Source: Thermodesulfobacteriota bacterium (GTDB lineage Bacteria; Desulfobacterota; Desulfarculia; JACQYL01). Taken from it: a DNA stretch of 64,000 nucleotides. A program made the translations under genes and the position numbers. Shown piece after piece: positions 10,059 to 19,246 of this stretch (the first letter of the stretch is position 1; every line of letters starts with the position of its first letter). Location of the stretch: assembly GCA_963675595.2 (NCBI GenBank), contig CAXXLZ010000001.1, forward strand, positions 288,001 to 352,000, read 5' to 3'. The notes under the pieces are model-generated. The model made no database searches. It was not told the origin of the DNA and saw only the letters and a list, made by a program, of their open reading frames with translations.

Positions 10059-10310
10059 TATAACCGACCGACTATCGGATTTGCACGAGTCTCGTGAAGA
10101 CGTGCGTGCAGATTTCCATCTCCGAGGCGCGAGCCGCTGATCCGTGGACCCTTGCCGGAGGGCGAACGGGGATGACAAGCGCCGCGGCGAAAGGGGGGAT
10201 GCCCGGAAATATGCTGATTCTTGGGGGACGTCCCATGGGAGGGAAGTCTCTCAAAACCTCAGACAAGGGAATGGAATCCCAATCCGCATTCAATCAAGGA
10301 GGATTGATTC

Positions 10311-13157
10311 ATGGCATTGACTGTTGTCAACAACATTGCTTCCTTTGCTGCTCAGAAGGCGCTCAGCTCGAGTACCACTCACCTGCAGAACGCCCTGAAC
10401 AGCCTTTCCACCGGCCTTCGCATCAACAGCGCGGCGGACGATCCGTCCGGACTGGCGATTTCCGAGCGGTTCCGCAGCCAGATTCGGGGCTTGGAACGCG
10501 CCACGTCCAACGCCTTGGACGCCCAGTCCATGCTGCAAACCGCGGAAGGTTCTCTCGGAGAAACCCACGCCATCCTGCAACGTATGCGCGAACTGGCGGT
10601 TCAGGCGGCCAACGGCGTGTTGACCGCAAGCGACCGGCAGGAAGTTCAGCGCGAAGTGGACCAGCTCAAGGAAGAGATCAACCGCATCGCCAACACCACC
10701 GAGTTCAACACCAAAAAGCTACTGGACGGCTCCTCCACGGCCCTCTGGAGCGCGAACAATTCCGACATTGAAGCGGTGATTACGGGAAAGGTGTCCGAAG
10801 GCAACTACAAACTGGTGAAGAGCGCCGAGCCGCTCAGTAACCATGTGTTGAAGACGGACATTTTCCGGCTGAAAGACGGAGCCATCTCGCAGGCCGAAGA
10901 GGGGTCCGCGAACCAGATGCGCCTCACTTTCGGTGGAGACGACGGAGAAGTGACCGTCGCAGGCGGATCGACCCTGAACTTCCGGTTCAACTTCGACGGT
11001 GTAAACAACATCGATATCGGAGTAACCGCAGGATCCGCCGACGGCACGGGCTTTACGGACGCTGAATATCTGGCGCGGGCCATCAACGCCCACTCGACCA
11101 TCAGCCAGTACGTGGAGGCGGAACTGGTGTCCGAGGGCGATATCATTATTCGCGCCAAGGATGTGACGGACGACAGCGACAACTACACGCTGCAAATGGT
11201 GACCGCCGGAGGCGGCGCGTCGGCCGTGGCGGCGTGGCAGCCCAACATCACCAATTGGGGCGGTGATGAACTTAGCTCGACCCAGACGAGCAATAACCTC
11301 TGGACTTCCGCGGTCCGTTTCGCGGATTTCGATCAGATCGAAGGTACGGTCAACTCGGGAGTCACGGGCACCTTCGGTACGGATCGGACCACCGCCGCCG
11401 AGAACAAGGTGATCCAGTACGTCAGCAACGCCGCCGATCTCGAAGCGGGCGACTATCAGATCACAACGGTGGCAACGGGCGACATCCCCAGCGGTTTGCA
11501 GAGTACGGACGGTCTGACCGTGGATCAGGGTCTGCTCATGGGCGCTTATCTCACGAGCACGTCCACGGCGGAAGTCACGACGATTCAGGCGGCCGTGGAT
11601 GAGAATCAGTACGTTATCGTCGAGGTGACGGGAGCCGGCGGCAGCGGCGCGGTGGACCTGAAGGTTTCCTGGGACCAGGGCGCCACATGGTCCAGTGTCG
11701 GGAACTACCACGAAGGAACCTCCATCAACAAGGTCGCCGGAGACCCGGACAACTGGTTCACGCTGGAATTCACCGGGGACATGGCGACCGGAGACCGCTT
11801 GCTTATCGGGCTCCAGAACGGGATTGCAGCGACTTCCAACGTGGCGAGGCTGACCGGTCCGGCCAACGAATGGACCAATGTAACGGATTCCGACGGAGAT
11901 TGGGACCCGAGGGAAAACCTGGCCGGGGCGGATTACCAAACCTTCAATCATGGGCTGTGGGAAGACCTGGGGGCCAATCCCGGTGAGAAGACCCATACCC
12001 TGACGTTTGCGAGCATGGACGATGAAGGGCGGGTGACCTTCGGCACCCTCGACGCCACCTGGGGCGCGGATGACGACTTCGAGAGCCGAAGCTCGAGCAT
12101 CAAGATTCTCGAGGGCGGCGACGTCGCCGGTCTGACCACGGAGTTGTCCAAGATCGATCGGTTCTACGACTCCAGCGGGAACTTCGTCCTGGGCGACAGC
12201 GGCAAATGGATCGATATCTACACCGCAGAAGGAGACAACGCGTCGTTCTATGTGGACGGCGGCGACACGGTGCAGGAGCTTGCCGACAAGCTGGAGCAGA
12301 TCATCAGTCTCACCTCGACTTCCCAGAACTGGGATGGTCTGGGGCTGGGCACGGTGCTGGACTCCGACGGCGAGAACCACGTGGTGGATTTCGTTACCAA
12401 CGCCACGGAGAACTCCGACGAAGCCGTCGAAGGAACCATGATCATTCGTTCGCCCAAACAAGGGGTCAACGGCTACCTCTATTTCAGTGCGGAGGAAGAC
12501 GTACTCAACGCCCTGAGTTTGGCCACCATCCAGGACCCCAAAGAAGACATCGATCCTCTCACGGTCACCGTATACAACGCCCACACGGGTGAGTTGATCG
12601 GTGAGGATACGGTGAGCGACAACGTCCTGCACGGAGTCATCCAGGGTGTGGACGTGATGGTGGACGCCAATGTGGACATCTCCTACTCCTGGAACGAGGA
12701 TACTCGAGAGATCGACTTCTTCAGTTCGGAAGGAGTGCAGGAAGAGTACCTCCACGTGGTGGACAATTCGGTGAACTTCCAGATCGGCGCCAACCCGGGC
12801 CAAGTGATGGAAGCCTATATCACACAGATGGACACCGTGGGATTGGGCGTTCAGAACGTTCTGGTGGTGAACCAGGCGACGGCCTCCGATGCCATGTCCA
12901 CCATCGACGACGCCATCCAGAAGGTGTCCTCGGAACGCGCCAGGCTCGGCGCCTACGTGAACCGTCTCGACTTCACCATCTCGAACCTGGCGGTTCAGGA
13001 GGAAAACCAGATCGCGGCGGAATCTTTGATCCGCGACCTGGATATGGCCAAGGCCATTTCCGAAATGACCCAGTATCAGGTGTTGCAGCAGGTGGGTGTG
13101 GCCATGCTGGCCCAGGCCAACACGTTGCCTCAGATGGTGCTGTCCTTACTCCGGTAA
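10311..13157 (+). CDS. fliC: Flagellin 3 (948 aa, mosaic of flagellins 1 and 2)
   Basis: Conserved flagellin termini almost identical to flagellin 2; central blocks resemble flagellin 1. Confidence 0.97.
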   Translation: MALTVVNNIASFAAQKALSSSTTHLQNALNSLSTGLRINSAADDPSGLAISERFRSQIRGLERATSNALDAQSMLQTAEGSLGETHAILQRMRELAVQAANGVLTASDRQEVQREVDQLKEEINRIANTTEFNTKKLLDGSSTALWSANNSDIEAVITGKVSEGNYKLVKSAEPLSNHVLKTDIFRLKDGAISQAEEGSANQMRLTFGGDDGEVTVAGGSTLNFRFNFDGVNNIDIGVTAGSADGTGFTDAEYLARAINAHSTISQYVEAELVSEGDIIIRAKDVTDDSDNYTLQMVTAGGGASAVAAWQPNITNWGGDELSSTQTSNNLWTSAVRFADFDQIEGTVNSGVTGTFGTDRTTAAENKVIQYVSNAADLEAGDYQITTVATGDIPSGLQSTDGLTVDQGLLMGAYLTSTSTAEVTTIQAAVDENQYVIVEVTGAGGSGAVDLKVSWDQGATWSSVGNYHEGTSINKVAGDPDNWFTLEFTGDMATGDRLLIGLQNGIAATSNVARLTGPANEWTNVTDSDGDWDPRENLAGADYQTFNHGLWEDLGANPGEKTHTLTFASMDDEGRVTFGTLDATWGADDDFESRSSSIKILEGGDVAGLTTELSKIDRFYDSSGNFVLGDSGKWIDIYTAEGDNASFYVDGGDTVQELADKLEQIISLTSTSQNWDGLGLGTVLDSDGENHVVDFVTNATENSDEAVEGTMIIRSPKQGVNGYLYFSAEEDVLNALSLATIQDPKEDIDPLTVTVYNAHTGELIGEDTVSDNVLHGVIQGVDVMVDANVDISYSWNEDTREIDFFSSEGVQEEYLHVVDNSVNFQIGANPGQVMEAYITQMDTVGLGVQNVLVVNQATASDAMSTIDDAIQKVSSERARLGAYVNRLDFTISNLAVQEENQIAAESLIRDLDMAKAISEMTQYQVLQQVGVAMLAQANTLPQMVLSLLR

Positions 13158-13247
13158 ACTGAAACAATGCATAACACCGTCGGGAATCCCCTAATGATTG
13201 GGATTTCCGATGGTTTCGCCCTACAGAGGTAAGCGAGGTGAACGGAC

Positions 13248-13661
13248 ATGGTAGAACTGGGACTGCTTGAGATATCCCGACAAACCGTGGCCGCCTCAGA
13301 TAATGAGATGCGAGGGAAGCCGGCCGCGGAGAGGCGGATAGACCACACGGCGGCGCTCCAACTCCTCCCTGAAGATCGGGTGGACAAGCCGACGAGGCCG
13401 AATCCCACTAAACCCGGCTCGGTTTCGGGCAAAGACGCGGATGTCGAGAAGACGGAAGAGAATCAGGAAGTGGTGGAACTGATGCCCCCTGGGCGTGTCG
13501 GTTTTGAGTACAAGGTCGACAAAGAATTGGGGCGGGTTTCGCTCAAGGTTTATGACAAAGAAACGGGAGAAACCATCCGGGAGGTACCGCCGGAGGAGCT
13601 TACGGAGGTTGCCAAGAAGATGAAGAAAATGGCCGGAATTCTTTTCGAGAAGAAGGTGTAG
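13248..13661 (+). CDS. flaG: Flagellar protein FlaG
   Basis: C-terminal motif VYDKETGETIREVPPEE...GILFEKKV; located directly after a flagellin. Confidence 0.9.
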   Translation: MVELGLLEISRQTVAASDNEMRGKPAAERRIDHTAALQLLPEDRVDKPTRPNPTKPGSVSGKDADVEKTEENQEVVELMPPGRVGFEYKVDKELGRVSLKVYDKETGETIREVPPEELTEVAKKMKKMAGILFEKKV

Positions 13662-13974
13662 CAGAGCTGATTTCCACCCATCTCGTGTGGGAGGACGCTT
13701 GATCGCTTCCCGGCAAGTTCGAAAAGACATGGGGAGCGTAAAGGGTGTGGTATGTCCTGAGAAGCGAATGTTTCCCTCCGCCCTTGTATCTCATCTCTCG
13801 CCGTGCTTCGAAGGTCCCGAAGTACTCTCCGGCTTCGGGGCTTCTATTCCGATGCTGCGGTCCGGCGCCTCTTCTTGGCCTCGCTCCCAATCCCCAACCG
13901 CTTGTCACCCGTTGTGGTTTCGCCTACAATACGATTCCTTTGGCAAATCCAGACGAGGAAGGAATCTATTGGTC

Positions 13975-14451
13975 ATGACTTGGAAGCGTAAGGTAATGCG
14001 TCTCTTTTACTTGGGCGCGGTGGTTTGTCTGGTTGGAACGCTGGCTGTTTCCTCGGCCGCCGCGGCGAAAGTCCGGTGGGAGTCCTATGACGAAGGGATC
14101 GCTCGAGGAAAGAAGGAGCAGAAGAAGATACTGGTGAAGTTTCACGCGGATTGGTGCACTTACTGCAAAGAGATGGAGCGGACCACCTTTTCCGATCCGG
14201 AAATCGTGGCCTACATCAATCGCTATTTTGTTCCCGTGTCCGTGGATACGGATAAACAGAAGGGGCTTGCCGTCAGGTACCGGGTGAACAGTCTTCCGGC
14301 TTCCTGGTTCTTGGATTATAAAGGTGAGCAGATCCTTCCCGTGCCGGGATATGTACCCCCAAAAATGTATCTTTATTTCCTGGAATGGATTGCGGAGGAC
14401 GGGTACAAGGATACGTCCCTGAAGGACTTTCTGAAGAATAAGAAGGAATGA
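13975..14451 (+). CDS. Exported thioredoxin-family protein (SoxW/DsbD-gamma-like)
   Basis: Signal peptide, FHADWCTYCKEM CxxC motif, cis-Pro SLP; start reassigned from 13687. Confidence 0.85.
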   Translation: MTWKRKVMRLFYLGAVVCLVGTLAVSSAAAAKVRWESYDEGIARGKKEQKKILVKFHADWCTYCKEMERTTFSDPEIVAYINRYFVPVSVDTDKQKGLAVRYRVNSLPASWFLDYKGEQILPVPGYVPPKMYLYFLEWIAEDGYKDTSLKDFLKNKKE

Positions 14452-14527
14452 GCCGGAAGGAATGATCCTCCGATTTCCGTCGTGGGGACCGGAAGGGCGG
14501 GGAAAGGATCGGCTTCCCGGGGTCCGG

Positions 14528-15268
14528 TCAGAGCTTATTCACGAACCATTCGGGTGCCACGCTTTGCAGGTAGCTGTTGATGGTCGCCAGGCTGTCCGTG
14601 AAGATCAACAGACCCACCAGAACCAACAATATCCCGGCGAAGAGGTTGAATACCGGGAGCCACCGTTTGATTCGGCTGAGCAGTGGAAGAAAATGACCCA
14701 CCGCCAGGGACGCGAGAAAGAACGGGACCGCCATTCCGAGGGAATAAGTGGTCAGCAGGATGATTCCCTGGGTTGCATTCTGATGGGTCCCCGCAACCAT
14801 TAGAATCGACCCGAGAATGGGCCCCACGCACGGAGTCCAGCCCACCGCGAAAGTGATTCCCACCAACGTCGTTCCCAAATAGCCGGCAGGCTTGTGCCGC
14901 AAGTGAACCGAGAATTCCTTCATCAGAAAAGGAAGCTGAAACTTGTATGAGAGGGCGATGAGCAGGCCGAAGAGGATGATCAATATCCCCCCGACCTTTC
15001 GGATGATATCCCCGTAGTCGAAAAAGAAACTCCCGAGGGTGCTGAAAGAGAAGCCCAGCGCCACAAAAGCGATCGAAAAACCGAGGATGAAGAAAAGGGA
15101 GTGGATGATCACCCGTCTACGGTATACGGGCTGGTCCTCAATGGCGATCTGATCGTAGCTGAGGCCGGTAATAAAGCTCAAATAGGAAGGGAACAACGGA
15201 AGGGTGCAGGGGGACAGAAAGGTCAACACCCCGGCGGTGAAAGCGATAAGGATGGTCACATCGGCCAA
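14528..15268 (-). CDS. ccdA: Cytochrome c biogenesis / transmembrane electron transporter CcdA
   Basis: FLSPCTLPL and GWTPCVGPILG motifs; about six TM helices. Confidence 0.92.
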   Translation of the reverse strand: MADVTILIAFTAGVLTFLSPCTLPLFPSYLSFITGLSYDQIAIEDQPVYRRRVIIHSLFFILGFSIAFVALGFSFSTLGSFFFDYGDIIRKVGGILIILFGLLIALSYKFQLPFLMKEFSVHLRHKPAGYLGTTLVGITFAVGWTPCVGPILGSILMVAGTHQNATQGIILLTTYSLGMAVPFFLASLAVGHFLPLLSRIKRWLPVFNLFAGILLVLVGLLIFTDSLATINSYLQSVAPEWFVNKL

Positions 15269-15350
15269 GCTGCTCCCCCCTGAAATTAAAGTCTTCCGTT
15301 GACGTGGATGTTTGTAAGTGGATTCAGGACCTCACCGGACCGGGGCGGGG

Positions 15351-15509
15351 TCATGAGTTGTCCTCTTCTCCCATATCGTCCCGCTTTTTCGAGTCACCGA
15401 CCCGACACGAGGACCGCATTCACGTATCCACCCCCAGTCCGGGAAGCACCACCGCTTGCAGCAGCACCCATAAGCCGACGACGATCAGAAAAATCCAAAC
15501 TTCGTTCAT
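15351..15509 (-). CDS. Predicted small membrane selenoprotein (52 aa, Sec30), not in the ORF track
   Basis: GGAG SD; MNEVWIFLIVVGLWVLLQAVVLPGLGVDT-UGA-MRSSCRVGDSKKRDDMGEEDNS; SECIS-like hairpin after the UGA. Confidence 0.6.
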
Positions 15510-15539
15510 TGTATTCTCCAACGCCCGGTTGGAGCCTGC

Positions 15540-15761
15540 TCAACCTCAGGAAAAGGGTGAAGACGACGGTCCGCAACTCGAACGGGCTGATGAGGCAACG
15601 CTCCCGTTTAGAGGACCGGAGCAGGTCGCAAAGGCGGATAGGAGTCTCTTTGGGTTGGATGCTCCACACTTGGGGCATTTGACCTCTGCAACCTTTCCCA
15701 AGGAGACGATTTCTTCAAAGTGGTGTGAGCATTGGTCGCAACAAAACTCGTACAACGGCAT
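15540..15761 (-). CDS. FmdB-family zinc-ribbon protein, probable C-terminal Sec-Gly
   Basis: MPLYEFCCDQC...CPKCG...; ends SPFS-TGA-GGT-TGA followed by hairpin CTCCAAC-CGGGC-GTTGGAG. Confidence 0.8.
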
Positions 15762-15925
15762 ACGTTTTTTCCTCCGGCGCACTGTACGCTCCTTCCAGGA
15801 GCGTCGTATGAGTTCAATTCACTGTTAAACATTTTCCAGTTTTTTTCAAGGAGCATATCCCTCCCGGACCGGGAGCCGTTCCTTCGGCCGCTCCGGAGAC
15901 TCCGTTTCAGCGGCTTCAGGTTTCA

Positions 15926-16141
15926 TCAGCCTCACCCGCAACAGGATCTTTTAACGGCTGGACTAGGCGATCCTTCCCGGCCTTGTTCGGCACTTGTTCG
16001 TTTCTTGACGTCGCATCCCGAACGGCCCGTATTCCGGCTTCCGCAATGGGGGCATTTCTCTTTTCGCAGCCTCCACCCTCTCGCGACAGCCGAAAATACG
16101 CTCTCACAGTCCCCACACACGAATGTTACAGGCGCTTTCAT
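15926..16141 (-). CDS. Second zinc-ribbon protein, possible C-terminal Sec-Gly
   Basis: CGDC...CPHCGS; ends RSCCG-TGA-GGC-TGA; AGGAGG SD. Confidence 0.65.
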
Positions 16142-16194
16142 CCCGTGCCTCCTTTCGTCCGCATTTATATATAGACCCGTGAACGGCGAAGAGG

Positions 16195-16986
16195 TTACAC
16201 GTTTCTATGGATAGGAGTGAAGAAAACCTTTTCCGAAGGCTTCGCGTCCAGAAACCCGGCGACGGGACTCAGGTCGGCCAAGCGACGGGTAAGGTTGGGC
16301 CAAAACCCCTCTCCACCCAAGTGGAGCCACCCGCCGATGTGGACGAGAACACCGCCTGATGCGGCCTTTGTCCGAGCCCAAAGACGCCGGATTTTACGCT
16401 CCATGGTATCGGTCCTTCGATTCCATTCCACCGACGTATCGCCATCCATAAGAATCAGCTCCCAAGGCGCAGACTTTCCGTGAAAGCGGACGGCCACTTG
16501 CTTTCTGAGGTTTTCGAAACTCTCGGATGGGTGACGGGGCGCGAGTCTAAGCATGGCCTCGAGATTGGGCATCGAGATCAGTTCTTCGAGAAATGGGAGC
16601 TTGTTTTTTGAGGATTCCGAGTCGTCCGTGCAAACCACCGTTGTAGACCTGGAATGGGCGTAGTCCCGGCTCGCGCTGAACTCGAAAGGCAGGGCGATCT
16701 GGTTCCTGATGTTCCGAAATGGCTCGAGCTGGAGGATGGACTCGATCTCAAGGTTTCTTTTTTTTGCCAGAAGACGCAGCCGCTCATCGAGGAGTTGCAG
16801 TTGTCTACGGGCGTGCTTCATTCGGAAACGGACTGCATAGGGACTGGTTTCGACACTGACGATCGTGGGACCGATGCGGTCGAGCATTCGCTTAAGCAGT
16901 TCTTCCCCTCTCGGGTCCCTGTGGATCGTACCAAGAAGGAAAAGACGGGCTTCCGGAACGGCTGTGGAGTCCGCCGAAGGGCTCAA
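16195..16986 (-). CDS. Hypothetical protein (TraB/EreA-like fold possible)
   Basis: LLGTIHRD...VSVE...VHIGGWLH; start overlaps the HDOD gene stop. Confidence 0.7.
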   Translation of the reverse strand: MSPSADSTAVPEARLFLLGTIHRDPRGEELLKRMLDRIGPTIVSVETSPYAVRFRMKHARRQLQLLDERLRLLAKKRNLEIESILQLEPFRNIRNQIALPFEFSASRDYAHSRSTTVVCTDDSESSKNKLPFLEELISMPNLEAMLRLAPRHPSESFENLRKQVAVRFHGKSAPWELILMDGDTSVEWNRRTDTMERKIRRLWARTKAASGGVLVHIGGWLHLGGEGFWPNLTRRLADLSPVAGFLDAKPSEKVFFTPIHRNV

Positions 16987-17825
16987 GTCTTCAGGAGGAA
17001 GGGCGTTCGTTTGAGCTCTCGCTTCAGTTCGGCGAGGCTGCGATCCATGACGTCCTCCGTCAATCCCGCAATTTCCAGAACGTCGCGAAACTCACGGAAG
17101 CTCCAATTATCCACGCCGAGTCCGATGCCGGCCAGCTTGCAGCATCGGTCGGCGAGATAGATCAGGGCCGTGATGGGGTGCCCTTTCCGAACTTCCTCAA
17201 TGGTGTGGTGAGTGCGTATGGGTTCACTGATGCTTGACGGGAGCTGCCATTTATCGGCCACCTCTCCCCCCACGGCGGCGTGGTCGATACCGATGATCTC
17301 TCGTTCCGCTTCCACGAAAGTGTAATTCTCTTCAGTAACCAAGTGCATAATTTCCCGAAATCGGTCTTGGACAAAAGAGTTCAGAACGACCTTGCCGATG
17401 TCGTGCAGCAGGCCGGCGGTGAAGAGGGCCGAGGGGTCCGCCTCAGGATTGGAAGCACCCAGAATTTGCGCCAGGAGGGCGCAGGAAACGGAGTGACGCC
17501 ACATCTCCCGAGCCGCCATTCCGTACCCGGGAACATCGGTGGTGTAGTAACTTAGAGACCCTCCGATGACGGCCAGCTCGATCACCTCCTGTGGGCCCAG
17601 AAGCTGAACGGCGCGCCGAAGAGAGCTGATTTCCTCCTGAAAGCCGAAATATCCCGAGTTACATAGCCGCAGCACCGTGGCTGTGATGTTTTGGTCGTAC
17701 TTGATCACATCCACAATCTCTCCCGGAGGAGCGTTCCGGCTCCGCATCAGATCGAAGGCTCTGTGAACCGTCGCCGGAAAAGGAGGAAGACTTTTGATGG
17801 AATAGAGTATTTTCTGACCCACCAT
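16983..17825 (-). CDS. HDOD domain protein
   Basis: LPPFP, DQNITATVLRLCNS, WRHS, GLLHDIGK, DHAAVG...WQLP. Confidence 0.93.
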   Translation of the reverse strand: MVGQKILYSIKSLPPFPATVHRAFDLMRSRNAPPGEIVDVIKYDQNITATVLRLCNSGYFGFQEEISSLRRAVQLLGPQEVIELAVIGGSLSYYTTDVPGYGMAAREMWRHSVSCALLAQILGASNPEADPSALFTAGLLHDIGKVVLNSFVQDRFREIMHLVTEENYTFVEAEREIIGIDHAAVGGEVADKWQLPSSISEPIRTHHTIEEVRKGHPITALIYLADRCCKLAGIGLGVDNWSFREFRDVLEIAGLTEDVMDRSLAELKRELKRTPFLLKT

Positions 17826-18140
17826 CAGCGCGTTACCTCGGACAGGTAATAGGTGATCCCCTGAAATCGTTCCATTCGGAGCGACGGCTCCGGGAAGGCG
17901 CGGGGAGCGGATCGGGAGCGGCGAGGGCTTCCTTCGGGTCCCGTACCGATTTTCGAGCTTTCAAAAAAGCCGGACAACGGGCTTGGCCTGCAAAGGCGCT
18001 GTCTGAAGGCAAGAGGCATAAACGTATGGAAAAACGCTCCTGAGAAAAGGGTTCCGGAACCTTCCCTTGCCTCTCCATATCCGATCCGTCTCGGTCCGGC
18101 GGGAGATGTCGGAAGAAGGGGGTGCTCTCCGTAGGTCGCC

Positions 18141-19136
18141 TTATGAACCACCTTCATGTTGCGGTGTCCTGTGAGCGCCTTCCGTTGTTTTGTATCCTGT
18201 TTGAGGATTCGCGCGGCTACAGACCACATGACGCAACGAATCCGCCGCCGCCGGGGAAATTACCGCCCCGGACTCCGTAAAATCATCCAGAGGAGCGTGA
18301 GCGGCGGGCGTCTGAAAATAGGCCACCTTTGTAGCCGCGCCGTTGGCGAATTCCCATGAGAACGCCTCGGATTCATCCTGCAGCCTGACAAGGCTCTCCC
18401 TTGGGAGGCCGGAAGAAATGTCCGCCGTCAGCAGTTGATCAAGTGTTTCCTTTCCCGTGATCACAACGAGGCGGGGACGGAAATACTCAAGAAATCGCCG
18501 AGTGTGCATTTCAAAACAAGGGGCTGCGGCATTTCTCACACCCGTGCCTTCCATATCCGTCTTACAGTGGACCAGTGGAAGGATGATGGAATGCTTTCCG
18601 AGTATACCTTCGGGGTCGTCGTAGCCAAGCGTTTCCAAAGCGGAACGGTTCAAAATGGAGCGGGTCACCGCGGATAGGAGAGTCCAGAGTTCATGAACAT
18701 GGTGCTTGTCCTGTGCCGCGCCTTCGGGTTTTGAATAGACCAGGGCTCCATCCCCCGACCTTCTTCGAATGGTTACAGTTCCGAAAGTCGTCAGGGATTG
18801 ATCTTCCCCGGGCAGTATGAACCTTCCCAATCGGTCCGCGAAACGCCGGGTGTAGAAACTCTCGTACGACGGTAGGTCGTGGCTGAGCGTGGGCACATTC
18901 CGTTCTCCCGGGCACAGTCGCCCCGCCTCAACCAGAAAGAGGAGGGGGATTCTTCTTTCACCTTGAACCTCGGGAATGAGCGTCGGCTCGATGCCGGTCC
19001 ATGGCTCTGGAAGGTGAAGTTCGGACTTATGCCGCAGAGCGGCGGACTTGAACTGATTTCCGACGATTTCGGCGCACGAGTTGGGCTGCTTTTTAAGCGC
19101 CTCCATCATGCGCGCACATCTCCACAAAGTTTGCAA
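18141..19136 (-). CDS. Hypothetical protein (uracil-DNA-glycosylase-like superfamily possible)
   Basis: 331-aa ORF with LPEPWTG, LVHCKT and PRLVVITGK motifs; start may be at the MMEALKK methionines. Confidence 0.6.
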   Translation of the reverse strand: MQTLWRCARMMEALKKQPNSCAEIVGNQFKSAALRHKSELHLPEPWTGIEPTLIPEVQGERRIPLLFLVEAGRLCPGERNVPTLSHDLPSYESFYTRRFADRLGRFILPGEDQSLTTFGTVTIRRRSGDGALVYSKPEGAAQDKHHVHELWTLLSAVTRSILNRSALETLGYDDPEGILGKHSIILPLVHCKTDMEGTGVRNAAAPCFEMHTRRFLEYFRPRLVVITGKETLDQLLTADISSGLPRESLVRLQDESEAFSWEFANGAATKVAYFQTPAAHAPLDDFTESGAVISPAAADSLRHVVCSRANPQTGYKTTEGAHRTPQHEGGS

Positions 19137-19246
19137 TATCCATTCCTCCGGCGATTCGGCGGGTCCGGGATCCTATAAGGCTTTTCGGGAAGAACCTCTC
19201 TGCGAGCCCGCCGGTCGATCTGATTGCTCTCCTCGGAAGGAGACGG

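Noticed and set aside
10719-12803. 694-aa and other long minus-strand ORFs over the flagellins (also 30975-33050, 23486-24913, and plus-strand 58191-59606)
   Set aside because: Antisense shadows of well-supported high-GC genes; no motifs of their own
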